In this document: piece by piece, positions 10,315 to 19,275 of the stretch
Numbering within the stretch: position 1 is the first letter of the stretch
How the letters are laid out: the number at the start of each line of letters is the position of its first letter
DNA from: Catajapyx aquilonaris
Lineage: Eukaryota
Direction: 5' to 3'
Assembly (NCBI GenBank): GCA_000934665.2
Contig: JYFJ02001491.1
Location: 58,655 to 78,654, forward strand
DNA length: 20,000 bases
Notes under the pieces: model-generated
Seen by the model: only the letters and a program-made list of their open reading frames with translations
What the model was told of the DNA's origin: nothing
Databases searched by the model: none
Made by a program: the position numbers and the translations under genes

Positions 10315-11049
10315 CTGCAATGGTTGGTGTGTTATAAAAGTTCTGGTAATTTTACAGACGTGGGTGGCCAATGAATGCAGTCTCCACTGGATCTTTCTTA
10401 TGGATATTCATGTGCTGCACACAATGGTGGTAACAGTTTTTTGATTAGACCAGATATACAGCCAAGGTGTCGTCACAAGTCCTAAAAACAGTGTGTGATT
10501 GTTGGTGCGTTATGCGCAGAATTGCCCATATCTAATGTGTACTTGATTGATGATTTGAGAAAATTCACAAAGTTCCTTTTGATGTGAATGATTTTATCTA
10601 GCACATTTGTATGCCTGTCACTGATTGACTTTCCCATAAGAGTTCCCTACAAAAAAGTTAGTACAAAATAAGAAAATTGAGGAAATCCATTGAAACCGTC
10701 TCGATTAAAGATCCGAGTAATTTTACTTCAAGCCCCGTGGTTAAGGTTATGCAATATTACTTGTAGAATTGTTCCAATTTATATTAATGTAGATCAAAAT
10801 AATGAATTATATATCATATGAGAAACCAAACACTTCAAACCAACATTTAAATAACCATTGCTGAATATTTCAAATCTCACATATTCCATTAAGTTACCAA
10901 ATACCTGTTGGCACCTGAACTACACTGACATTACAATGTGGAATTTTAAATCAAAGACATTCAATGTGCAACATTTGATGTTGGATTTCAACGTCAATTT
11001 GTAGTCAACATGTTGATAATATATCAAGAAAATATAAATTACATATAGG

Positions 11050-11280
11050 AGCAGTACAACGGAATAGTCGTTAATGCCGCATCCTTCCATCTATGAGGTT
11101 CTGAGTTCGATCCCTGGATCAGGCTAAGGATTTTCTCATTCAGAAAGAGTGTCAATAGGTTCTCTCAAAGTTTGAGTTGGTTTTCTCAGGATTCTACCAC
11201 AATCAAAATTCATCAACTTGCACTGTCTTGAAAAATAGTCTGTGAAATTAAAAAGACTATCATCCAAGTGGCTACACTCC
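11050..11280 (+). mobile_element. Old degenerate tRNA-derived SINE
   Basis: B-box-like GAGTTCGATCCC at ~11104, preceded by a decayed A-box (ggaatagtcg) and followed by ggttttctc-type body sequence. Boundaries approximate. Confidence 0.4.
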
Positions 11281-11294
11281 TTTTACAATATTAA

Positions 11295-11796
11295 CCCTCA
11301 GACGGTGACGTGCGAAATGTTCGCTCTCCGGTGACGTGGGCACTTTTTGTGACCAAGCCATATTTTTTGTTATATCTGGCAAAATATAGCACTTTCAGGC
11401 ATCACCTTTGAGACAATCATAGAGTGATTCCTTCTACGCCAAATAGCGTTTAGTTTACATTTTTTGAGAAAATAGTGCGACCAGAAAAAAAATCTGAAAG
11501 AAAATCAGTCGGGGCCAACTCCCGGGGGTAGGGGGATTCCACCCCTTGGCGGCCTGGGATGCCACCGGGAGCCGCCAGACCGAATCTTGGTCAGGCCCCA
11601 ACTACGCATTGCCGCCTAATTTATTTTTTCCTGGTCGTGCTATTTTCTCAAAAAATTTAAACTTAACGTCATTCATCACAGAAATAGTCAAACGAAAATG
11701 TTCTCAAAGATGAATCTCGAATGTCCTAAATTTGCCAAGTTATAGCAAAAAAAGGGGTCGTTGGTCACAAAAAGTGCCTACGTCACCGTCGAAAGG
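11295..11796. mobile_element. piggyBac-like non-autonomous element (MITE)
   Basis: TTAA on both sides (11291-11294, 11797-11800). TIR CCCTCAGACGGTGACGT vs reverse-complemented CCTTTCGACGGTGACGT. ~165-bp subterminal inverted repeats (gcactttttgtgaccaa / ttggtcacaaaaagtgc; ttgagaaaatag / ctattttctcaa) surround a GC-rich core. Confidence 0.85.
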
Positions 11797-11928
11797 TTAA
11801 ATGCACGTTCAATATATTAAAATATCACAGCATTAGCCTAGCCAGCATGGCACAACTCTGAACATAATATGACCAATTAAAAACCAATTAAGAGGTGTTG
11901 CTCTCGTATGATAAGCTGTTAGCTATTA

Positions 11929-12089
11929 CAGTTGAATCGTGATATAACATGCTTCAAGAGACCCCGGAAATCAGTATGTTATAACCAATGTCTGTTATAG
12001 CCAAATACACAGGCCATATATGGAAGTATGGCGGGAGCAGCCTTTCGAGTCTGTTGTAACCGAAAGTCTGTTATATCAGGATTCAACTG
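11929..12089. mobile_element. Tc1/mariner(pogo)-type MITE, 161 bp
   Basis: 20-bp TIR CAGTTGAATCGTGATATAAC / GTTATATCAGGATTCAACTG (1 mismatch). TA TSD at 11927-11928 and 12090-12091. Internal tgttata repeats. Confidence 0.85.
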
Positions 12090-12411
12090 TATCTGGGTGA
12101 TTCACACAGAACCACACCCTTTCAATTTCCTCGCAGGAATAAGCGCACCCTGAACAATTGGTTCAAAAGTTGAGGTGAACTTCGGAGCAACGCTGTCAGT
12201 GGTGCTAAAAAGGCCATCACCCCCTGTATACATTGTAACGTTCAATGTGCTTGGATCTCAAATAATTAAGGCACGAAGCAAGCAGTCAGCTTGCTCAATT
12301 AGCAATTAGCAATAGTCTGGCCACACAAGCAGCTGCTAATTAATTCCAACCAAAAATCGAACACCAAGACGTTCCATTCCAATTATTTTTTTCCCCCTTT
12401 CGAACACTGAC

Positions 12412-12600
12412 CAGTCTACGGTGCGACTGCGACCGGCGATCCCACCGTCTAGAGGCCAACCCAGGCAGCCGCCTTCCCCGGGCGCCCCAAGAGCCGACTC
12501 GGAAGAAGCGCAACGGATTACCGGAGAGAACAATGCAGCCCGCCGTGGAATCGTAATCAACTAACGGGCAGCCATTTTAACTCCAGCAGTTACTGGGAAA
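12412..12600 (-). promoter_or_regulatory. Probable ATRX first (5'UTR) exon and core promoter
   Basis: CpG-rich island. YY1/Pho-type AAAATGGC motif (12578-12571) and donor CTG|GTCAGT at 12411 point toward ATRX. E2F-like gcgcg motifs lie upstream (~12825-12860). TSS position is inferred. Confidence 0.55.
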
Positions 12601-12926
12601 GGAGGGAAGCTGGAAATTGACTTTATTTAAAAAAAAATTAGGAACAGCCACCGTTTACTTAGATCAAGTGCTGTAAGCCTTTACTATTTTAAGTAGAGCA
12701 ATTAGCGAATTAAAAGTTACGTTAAATTTTGCTTTAAATAGGGATTTGACAGGTGGCAAAATTCCCCGCTAGATGTTGGTCTAGCAGAGGAGCTTTTGAC
12801 TTTCGCCGGGAGATGGCGGAGCTGGCGCGATTTCTGAATATTTATTATTTTGCGCGCGATTTTGATTCCTCGTTTATTCGTCTTAATGTGACATTTTCAT
12901 AGGAGATTTGTACCAACCATGTACCT

Positions 12927-13208
12927 TTAGTGGGGGCTTAACGTCGGCCTATTTCTGCCGCTAGGCTCAACACCGACGCCAGGGGGATGATCTATCTCCT
13001 GGAAATTTGGCCACTCTGGGGATCTTTAACGTGCACTCGCGCAATGTCACAAGCCCACGGGACCGACGGGTTTACTTCCCCTCCGAAGGAAGGCGCACTC
13101 TCACTGTTCTACCACCCGGAGAAAAGTCACCGACCTCGGCCGGGTTCGAACCCACAACTTTGGGACCAGAGGCGAGCGCGCTAACCACTATAGTCCACCG
13201 GCGCCGGC
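12927..13208 (-). mobile_element. Full-length tRNA-derived SINE with Deu/Nin-like central domain
   Basis: Minus strand shows A-box TGGACTATAGTGG, B-box GGTTCGAACCC and central CCTTCGGAGGGGAAGTAAACCCGTCGGTCCC...GCACGTTAAAGATCCC. Perfect 15-bp TSD ACCAACCATGTACCT at 12912-12926 and 13209-13223. Confidence 0.9.
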
Positions 13209-13448
13209 ACCAACCATGTACCTATGAGGCGCATAAATAGAGGATAATGTGACTAGCTGAGAGTCATTATCCTGTTACGTACTTCAATATAATTATATAT
13301 AGGTACTGCCGTTGCCGTTTCGTAAGGAAACACTTCAACGATTAAAAACCCCCCAATTATTGTACAGTATGAACAGACATTCGCAACCTCTATCCCGCTT
13401 CTACTCGCATGCACTCGAACACATATGTCTAAATTATATACATACTTT

Positions 13449-13850
13449 CGGTGGAGTGGATATGGTGTCCGACTGCTGATCGGGAGGTCCTGGGTTCGAG
13501 TCCCGGAGGCCGGCGGTCCTGACCTTGGTTTTCTGTGGTTTTCCAAGGTCGCTCCAGGAAAAATTTCCGGGATCGAACCTTAAAATAGGCCACAGCCGCT
13601 TCCTTCCCCTTCCCTTCCCCGGAGGAGGTGCGGTGTCAGTGGAGAGTTTCTGACCCGCATCTTGGGGGTCATCTTGGCGAACGGGCCCTCTGAGGGACTG
13701 CACACGACCCTCAAGTTGAAGATATTGCACATGCACCAGTGTCCCCCCCTCTTCATCCCTACCCTGTCCCCTGCACAATGGTGGTAGCCCACTCCCCTAA
13801 GAGAGCCCATGGCTCTAGCACGGGGTACAATAAATAAATAAATAAATAAA
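13449..13850 (+). mobile_element. tRNA-derived SINE with Lm1-like central domain and (TAAA)n tail
   Basis: A-box remnant GGTGGAGTGG, B-box GGTTCGAGTCC, body ggttttctgtggttttcc...ccgggat...ggccacagccgcttccttccc and a (TAAA)5 tail. Imperfect TSD atatacatactttc / atgtacacactttc. Confidence 0.85.
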
Positions 13851-14655
13851 ATATGTACACACTTTCCGACCACGTTTTTCTAACTGCTCATAATTCCCTC
13901 CCTATTATGCAAACGTCCATGGAACTCGGCAGTGTTTGTATTAGATGATCAAACACCTGGTTTCATTCTTCCCGGCACTGTCTTAATTGAAGTTCTCGAC
14001 CCACCCCCGGGTTGTGATTGTGAAATGTGAGTGGGTTGCCTGAAGAAGGGAGTAGTCTGGCCCGTACAGTATAGTCCCAACACCTGACCCGGAGAGAAGC
14101 CAGAGAAAGATATTTTATAGGAATTCTTTCAATGATTCATGTAACGGTATAGGCTACTGACCATATAAGTCCCAGAGGTACAGTCCTTCACTATCAATCA
14201 CTTCAGCTGCACGATGGCGACACAACACTGCTCAGCAAGATGGATAAACCTAAGTCAGATAACTTTTTAGAAAACACTATACTCTCATCATCACTTTATC
14301 TGCAGCGTTGCTTAGTAGCCTAATGTAAATGATCATTTCATCTCCACAGGCCAAGTCGAACTGCTTTCAAGGGAATGGGGGTGGTCCGTGACTATAGGAT
14401 ATATAGGAACTGACAAAATTATTGTAATATTGTAAGAAATTCACATCAGGCATTCAGACTACACACAGAGAAATGGCCTTTCCAAGGTGGTCGCTATGCT
14501 GTGGCCTGACATGCAATACGTCTCAGTGATAATAATAATTTACGAGGTGTGGCAGAGGATGCAGATGCTCATATTTTGGGATTTTCAGTGTCTATACGAC
14601 TTCCTCAATTTTACTACATTGCAAAAGCAGGCTCCTACTTAACATCTGGCCCAGA

Positions 14656-15636
14656 CCTATATAGGACTTATTTCAGGCGAAATGTGTTTTAGCATTTGCA
14701 GCTTGTGGCAAAACTACTGATATAGACATCAGTATAATATTATAGGTCTCAATTCTTATGCAGTTGTACCTTCATGCTATGAACCCGACTAATATGGCTA
14801 CAACAATATACAGCTATGATAACTTATACCCATTGGGAAATACCATGTTAACATCTAAAATATTACCGTATAAGTTTACACCAAGTTATTTCACGGGCAT
14901 ATTAGCTGTGCTGTCAAAGTAAAGAACAGCGTTACACTGCATCAAGCTCATTTAAGGTGCGATTAAGTGATTTTGTTCTGGCAGCTGCATTCACAAGAAT
15001 AATATTGTGATAATGAGTAAAACCTATAAGTAAGCGGCCAACTTGTAAGGCATCAGAATCGTTTTTCCATTGACACCACTAAGTAAGCGAAAAGCATTTG
15101 ACTGTTTATTTGAACGTTTCTTTTTATACGTCCGGTGCTTCCAGGGAAACGATCACTTCCACGAAGGACTCATTTCTCACGACTTGATGACTAAAGGCTA
15201 CCAGTGATGTGGGGAAACTGCTTTAAAAATAAGTGTTAAAAATTCAGCCGGGTATTTGAGTATTTTTCCGTAGTTTCCAGCAAAATGGCTATGGCTTCTA
15301 CCTGCTTAAAGAATATAAGCTTTGCAACTGGCAAGTGGAGAAACTCACAAAAAAGACATTTAGGGAAGTAAGCTGATACAGTAGTTTGCCTGCTTTTCAT
15401 TGCCCTCTTCGCCAAAGATGGACCTGGCCAGTGTAGCACAGCACCAGTGTATTCTATTTTGGGAGTCAGTGGGCATCTGCACCAACAGGCGCCAAAACAA
15501 AATAAGCCTTTACCGGAACGTAAACATTTGCTGAAGGCTTCTGCCTATATATTACCAGCAGTTGAAGAGGAAAACGTCAGAGTTGCGGTGCACCACTTGT
15601 TCTGCTGGGCTGCAGGGCTTCCTGCTTAATTCAGTT
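14656..15636 (+). promoter_or_regulatory. Candidate muscle-type upstream motifs for troponin I
   Basis: CArG box CCTATATAGG at 14656-14665, MEF2-like TTAAAAATAA at 15223-15232, several E-boxes and Inr-like TCAGTT at 15631-15636. These short motifs could be chance matches in AT-rich DNA. Confidence 0.3.
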
Positions 15637-15700
15637 TACATTGCGGAAGACACTGGTATTACATTTGGACAATTTCATCTAGAGTAAAGCTCCATCAGCA

Positions 15701-15723
15701 ATGTCGGACGAAGAAGAAGTCAG
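15701..15723 (+). CDS. wupA: Troponin I first coding exon (MSDEEEV-S)
   Basis: gcaATG TCG GAC GAA GAA GAA GTC AG|GTATGT. Acidic start comparable to arthropod TnI MADDE; strong donor. Confidence 0.8.
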
Positions 15724-15946
15724 GTATGTCACTGGACATTGTCGCACTATGCTTTAATGTGCTTAATTATTTAAAGAGCAACCTGCCACAAGCGGTTCTC
15801 GTATAAAGAATGATCAAATGAAATGTTTTGACTTGGTTTCGAATGTACTCAGTCATATAGTGTAATACAGTAAGTTTATTTCACTTAAGGTGAAAATGAC
15901 AATTTGCAATATTTGAATGATAATAAAATTTGTATTTGCTTTGTAG

Positions 15947-15977
15947 CACCGAAGAAGAGGAAAACGAGGAAATAACG
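15947..15977 (+). CDS. wupA: Troponin I micro-exon (STEEEENEEIT)
   Basis: tttgtAG| ... ACG|GTATGA. 31 nt, phase 2/0, purine-rich. Confidence 0.75.
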
Positions 15978-17667
15978 GTATGAATATGATTTTTTTTTCG
16001 TCATTGTATGCAAGTCATTATTTAGTCCGAATCCATTTCAGTTCCGATTATCCACATGTAATTTACTATTGTTAATAATAATTTTGGTGGTTCTCTTTAA
16101 ATCCTGATATAAAGTGTGAAAAAATTACACCATAACAGTAGCCTATACATTAATTTTTCCAAACTCTGCGATTTGTTCAGATATTTTTTATGGCAACTTG
16201 GATCTTTAGAGGTGTGTTTGTAATTTGCAAAAAGTTACGCTAATTTTGAAATCCACTGGTAATCCTTTTATCCAAGTCATATATACTGTACATATAAGGT
16301 ATAAGGTTACAGCGACTTTCCACAGATATTTGCACCGTCACTCTTTCCTGCAATTTCCTGTCATTCGCAAATGGACCAGTCAGAGTAGTAGGTATTTCTC
16401 CAATGAACCCTGCCATTCTGAGTTTAGGTCGACCATGCGACGACCATTCTTTAATTACTGAGGTCTGGCTGATGTTGAGTGACTTAAGACTTATACGTAA
16501 TGGGCAGCCACTGTGGTGGAATATATACTGTAATTCCGCTAGAGTGGCCACCGGGAAAATGTTCCAAATCGGAATTCCAGGAGGGATTACACTCTGGATT
16601 ACATGGCTGATAATAGGTGTAGGAAGCCTTTTATTCCTATGGCCGCTTTCAACTGGAAATTGGTTGCCGAATTTAAGCCACATCACGTAGGCGCACTTTG
16701 GCTCATGTAATCTATTTATTCAAATGCAACTCGGCCACTGTTATGTTATATTTGCTTTAAACTTATTTGAAACGACTGAAGTAGTATCTGGCTGTTTTTT
16801 TTGGATTGTCCTTTGTGTTTCCTCCTTTCTTCCAATAGACTCGAAGAGCAGACTTTTCACTCAGGGCATTTCTTCTTATTTTTTTGTCACTCGATACGCC
16901 CACTGGCTTTCCAACTGGTTCCGGCGCCATAGCGAACTGCCGGAAAAAATCATTCTAGCTTGCCTGAAATCCTATAATGCCAGCGTATCTCCTGAACAGG
17001 ATTTGTTACTGTCACTGTCATACCAAAAGGTCACACCAACTGGTCACATTCCTGCTGGAGGGTGCCCAACTTGCGTCAGATATTAATTGCCGACGACGTC
17101 TCAGGCAGTGCTTTTTGGTCCGAAAAGAGTTAAAGAGATAATAAAATGGACAGCGATAGTTTGAATCGACATATAATTTTCGTTTCTGCTTGTTGAGAAA
17201 GCATGTACAAGAGAACGTTAAAGTCTATTACCTGTCCAAGCCCTTCAAAAGCAGTGAGCGTAGTTTGGCCTCTTCCCCTTTAATTGGCTTCATAATTAGC
17301 AATTTTTGGCCTGAAGGACCACATTGATGACACTCGACATCCATAAGTAGGCTTTTCAAATATAATTAAACGTTTTTTTTGCCTATTGCTGCATTCCTAG
17401 GAGTGCGCCAATCCTGTGGAGAGGGGGGGGGGGATTNATCGTAATGTGTCCTTTGAAATCGGTGAATTTGTGACGTCACATGTTATGTCATGTTATTGTA
17501 GCCTTTTTCATATTTTCTCTCTCTGCAATGCGGGAAGAAAGTCCTTATTATCTTTGCTGGAAAATATTAGTACGTCATTTTAGCAAACTTTTAGGCAGAT
17601 ACGAGTTTTTGCATCCTAGATCTATACAGTGACATAATTAGTAATTCAACTTTTGTTTGCATTTCAG

Positions 17668-17685
17668 AGGAGGAGAGTGGAAGAG
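17668..17685 (+). CDS. wupA: Troponin I 18-nt micro-exon (RRRVEE)
   Basis: ttttgtttgcatttcAG|AGGAGGAGAGTGGAAGAG|GTATGT. Phase 0/0. Confidence 0.75.
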
Positions 17686-17884
17686 GTATGTAAAATCTGA
17701 AATATTAACATTAATATTCTGTAAATCGCAAATGCGGGGTTTCAGAAGTATCGGATTTTTAATATAGGTTATATGACTCCGCATTTGTGATGACATTTTT
17801 CTCTAGATGGATTATATACAAGGGGGCGATCTAATAAGTTACTTTCCGAAGAAAAAAAACTCTTACTGAAATATTGCACAATAG

Positions 17885-18013
17885 GAAAGAAGACGGAAGC
17901 ATGAGGAGATCGAAAGAAAGAAGAAGGAGGTGCGAAAGAGGCTGGAGGAAGCCTCTGCAGCAAAGAAAGGGAAGAAAGGTTTCATGACACCAGAAAGGAA
18001 GAAGAAACTTAGG
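17885..18013 (+). CDS. wupA: Troponin I exon ([43 protein letters not shown])
   Basis: Contains the invertebrate TnI signature [14 protein letters not shown]. Acceptor aatAG, donor AGG|GTGAGT. Confidence 0.97.
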
Positions 18014-18076
18014 GTGAGTTCGGACAAATTCCATATATGGAGAGAGTGCATCCTCTAGAGAGTTAATTCTTTGCAG

Positions 18077-18200
18077 CTTCTGCTGAGAAAAGCGGCAGCA
18101 GAGGAGTTGAAGAAGGAGCAGGAACGAAAGGCTGTCGAGAGAAGGAGGATTATAGCAGAGAGATGTGGAAATCCAAAGAATTTAGATGCCGCTACAGAGA
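18077..18200 (+). CDS. wupA: Troponin I exon (LLLRKAAAEELKKEQERKAVERRRIIAERCGNPKNLDAATE)
   Basis: Near-identical to insect TnI LLLRKKAAEELKKEQERKAAERRRIIEERCG (recalled). ttgcAG| and A|GTATGA, phase 0/1. Confidence 0.97.
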
Positions 18201-18580
18201 GTATGACAACTGTTATTTCTCACATAGCTTATTGTATAGAGCTAAATAATAATCAGCTCTGAAATAATTGTAACAAATACTGAGTCCAATCTCTTTTGCC
18301 ATATTATAATCTATTATCAGATTATTTTGCACACTAACCGAAAAAACTCATTTTTCTTCCCCCAGTATTGCCGAATTGTAATGTCAATTTTTTTTGGAGG
18401 TATGACTTTTCGTACTTTTTTAAATATTTTCATCACATACCGGTAACCTTTAATAGGTACACACAGCAAATGTTCCTACATTTAATTATTTGGATATTTA
18501 AGACACTGACAGTGAGTGTTATACATTCCACGTTTCATACTCTGCATGATCTTTACTTATATAACTTAAATTACATCCAG

Positions 18581-18681
18581 GTGATCTCCGCGAGTTTTGC
18601 AAACATATCCATCAGAGAATCACTGCTCTTGAGTCATCCAAATACGACTTGCAAGGACAAGTGAAAGAAAAGGATCAGGAG
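18581..18681 (+). CDS. wupA: Troponin I exon-6 equivalent (SDLREFCKHIHQRITALESSKYDLQGQVKEKDQE)
   Basis: L...C...H.RI..LE..KYDL...V..KD.E pattern. 101 nt, phase 1/0. ccAG| and GAG|GTTTGT. Confidence 0.93.
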
Positions 18682-18806
18682 GTTTGTATTTATTTTCTTT
18701 ATTCGTCATTAAAATGATTTTATTTTACTTAAGTGGTAGACCACAATGGCGCTTAGCAGGACTATTTTCTATGCCGGTACTTATAATGTGAGTTTCTTTA
18801 TGATAG

Positions 18807-18853
18807 ATTGATGAAATGAATAAAATAATACTGCGAGACCATCCTGGAAAATT
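18807..18853 (+). CDS. wupA: Troponin I exon-7 equivalent, divergent (IDEMNKIILRDHPGKF)
   Basis: gatAG| and TT|GTGAGC, phase 0/2. It is required to keep frame and ends in GKF like the canonical INDLNAQVNDLRGKF. Confidence 0.85.
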
Positions 18854-18936
18854 GTGAGCATCATAATAAATATGATACTTATGACGTTGACACATTCGAT
18901 TAGGGCAACATATCAATAGTTTTTTTGACATTTCAG

Positions 18937-19090
18937 TCCAAAGCCGCACCTGAATCCAACTCGATCAAAGTACCAAGTGTACGACGACAAGATAACTAAG
19001 CTGCAGAGGAAGGCGGCTGAATTCAACTTCAGAAGTCAGCTGAAGCAAGTAGGGAAGAAGAGAGAATTCAGCCTGGAGGAAGAGGACAAG
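18937..19090 (+). CDS. wupA: Troponin I exon (PKPHLNPTRSKYQVYDDKITKLQRKAAEFNFRSQLKQVGKKREFSLEEEDK)
   Basis: Contains the KLQ.KAAEFNFR.QLK signature. tttcAG| and AAG|GTGAGC, phase 2/0. Confidence 0.95.
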
Positions 19091-19209
19091 GTGAGCAAAT
19101 CGGCCTAAGCTTCCTTGCGTCACGTTCTGTACGGTAAATGACACATAATATTATTATGCACATGATGGTTTGATAAAAGTACTAATGCATTCTCCGATCA
19201 CATTTTCAG

Positions 19210-19275
19210 AAAAAGCCGGAGAAACCCGAATGGGCAAAAAAACAACCTAGCACCAAATCAAGAAGTGGTAAATAG
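19210..19275 (+). CDS. wupA: Troponin I terminal coding exon (KKPEKPEWAKKQPSTKSRSGK*)
   Basis: ttttcAG|. KP[DE]W motif of the invertebrate TnI C-terminus. TAG at 19273-19275 if unspliced; a possible internal donor lies at 19268. AATAAA at 19584. Confidence 0.85.
   Translation, partial: KKPEKPEWAKKQPSTKSRSGK

Noticed and set aside
13025..13090. Twister-ribozyme-like TAAC...GTCACAAGCCC on the SINE antisense strand
   Set aside because: The P4 stem and pseudoknot pairings cannot be formed; the sequence is explained by the SINE central domain.
13135..13510. tRNA genes suggested by A/B boxes
   Set aside because: No cloverleaf acceptor stems; each head continues into a SINE body with TSDs.
13625..13690. 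HDV-like ribozyme (GGCGAA after a stem and GG)
   Set aside because: No P2 5' strand or P3/L3 segment is present in the required order.
17100..17135. Second piggyBac-like end (ccgaaaagagTTAA)
   Set aside because: No matching opposite terminus found in the window.
17401..17445. Extra TnI micro-exon after cattcctAG, and the G-run
   Set aside because: No convincing in-frame donor; the homopolymer and an ambiguous base suggest low sequence quality.
17807..17870. Alternative TnI acceptor/start (ctctAG|ATG GAT TAT)
   Set aside because: An in-frame TGA occurs before the 17885 exon and there is no good donor.
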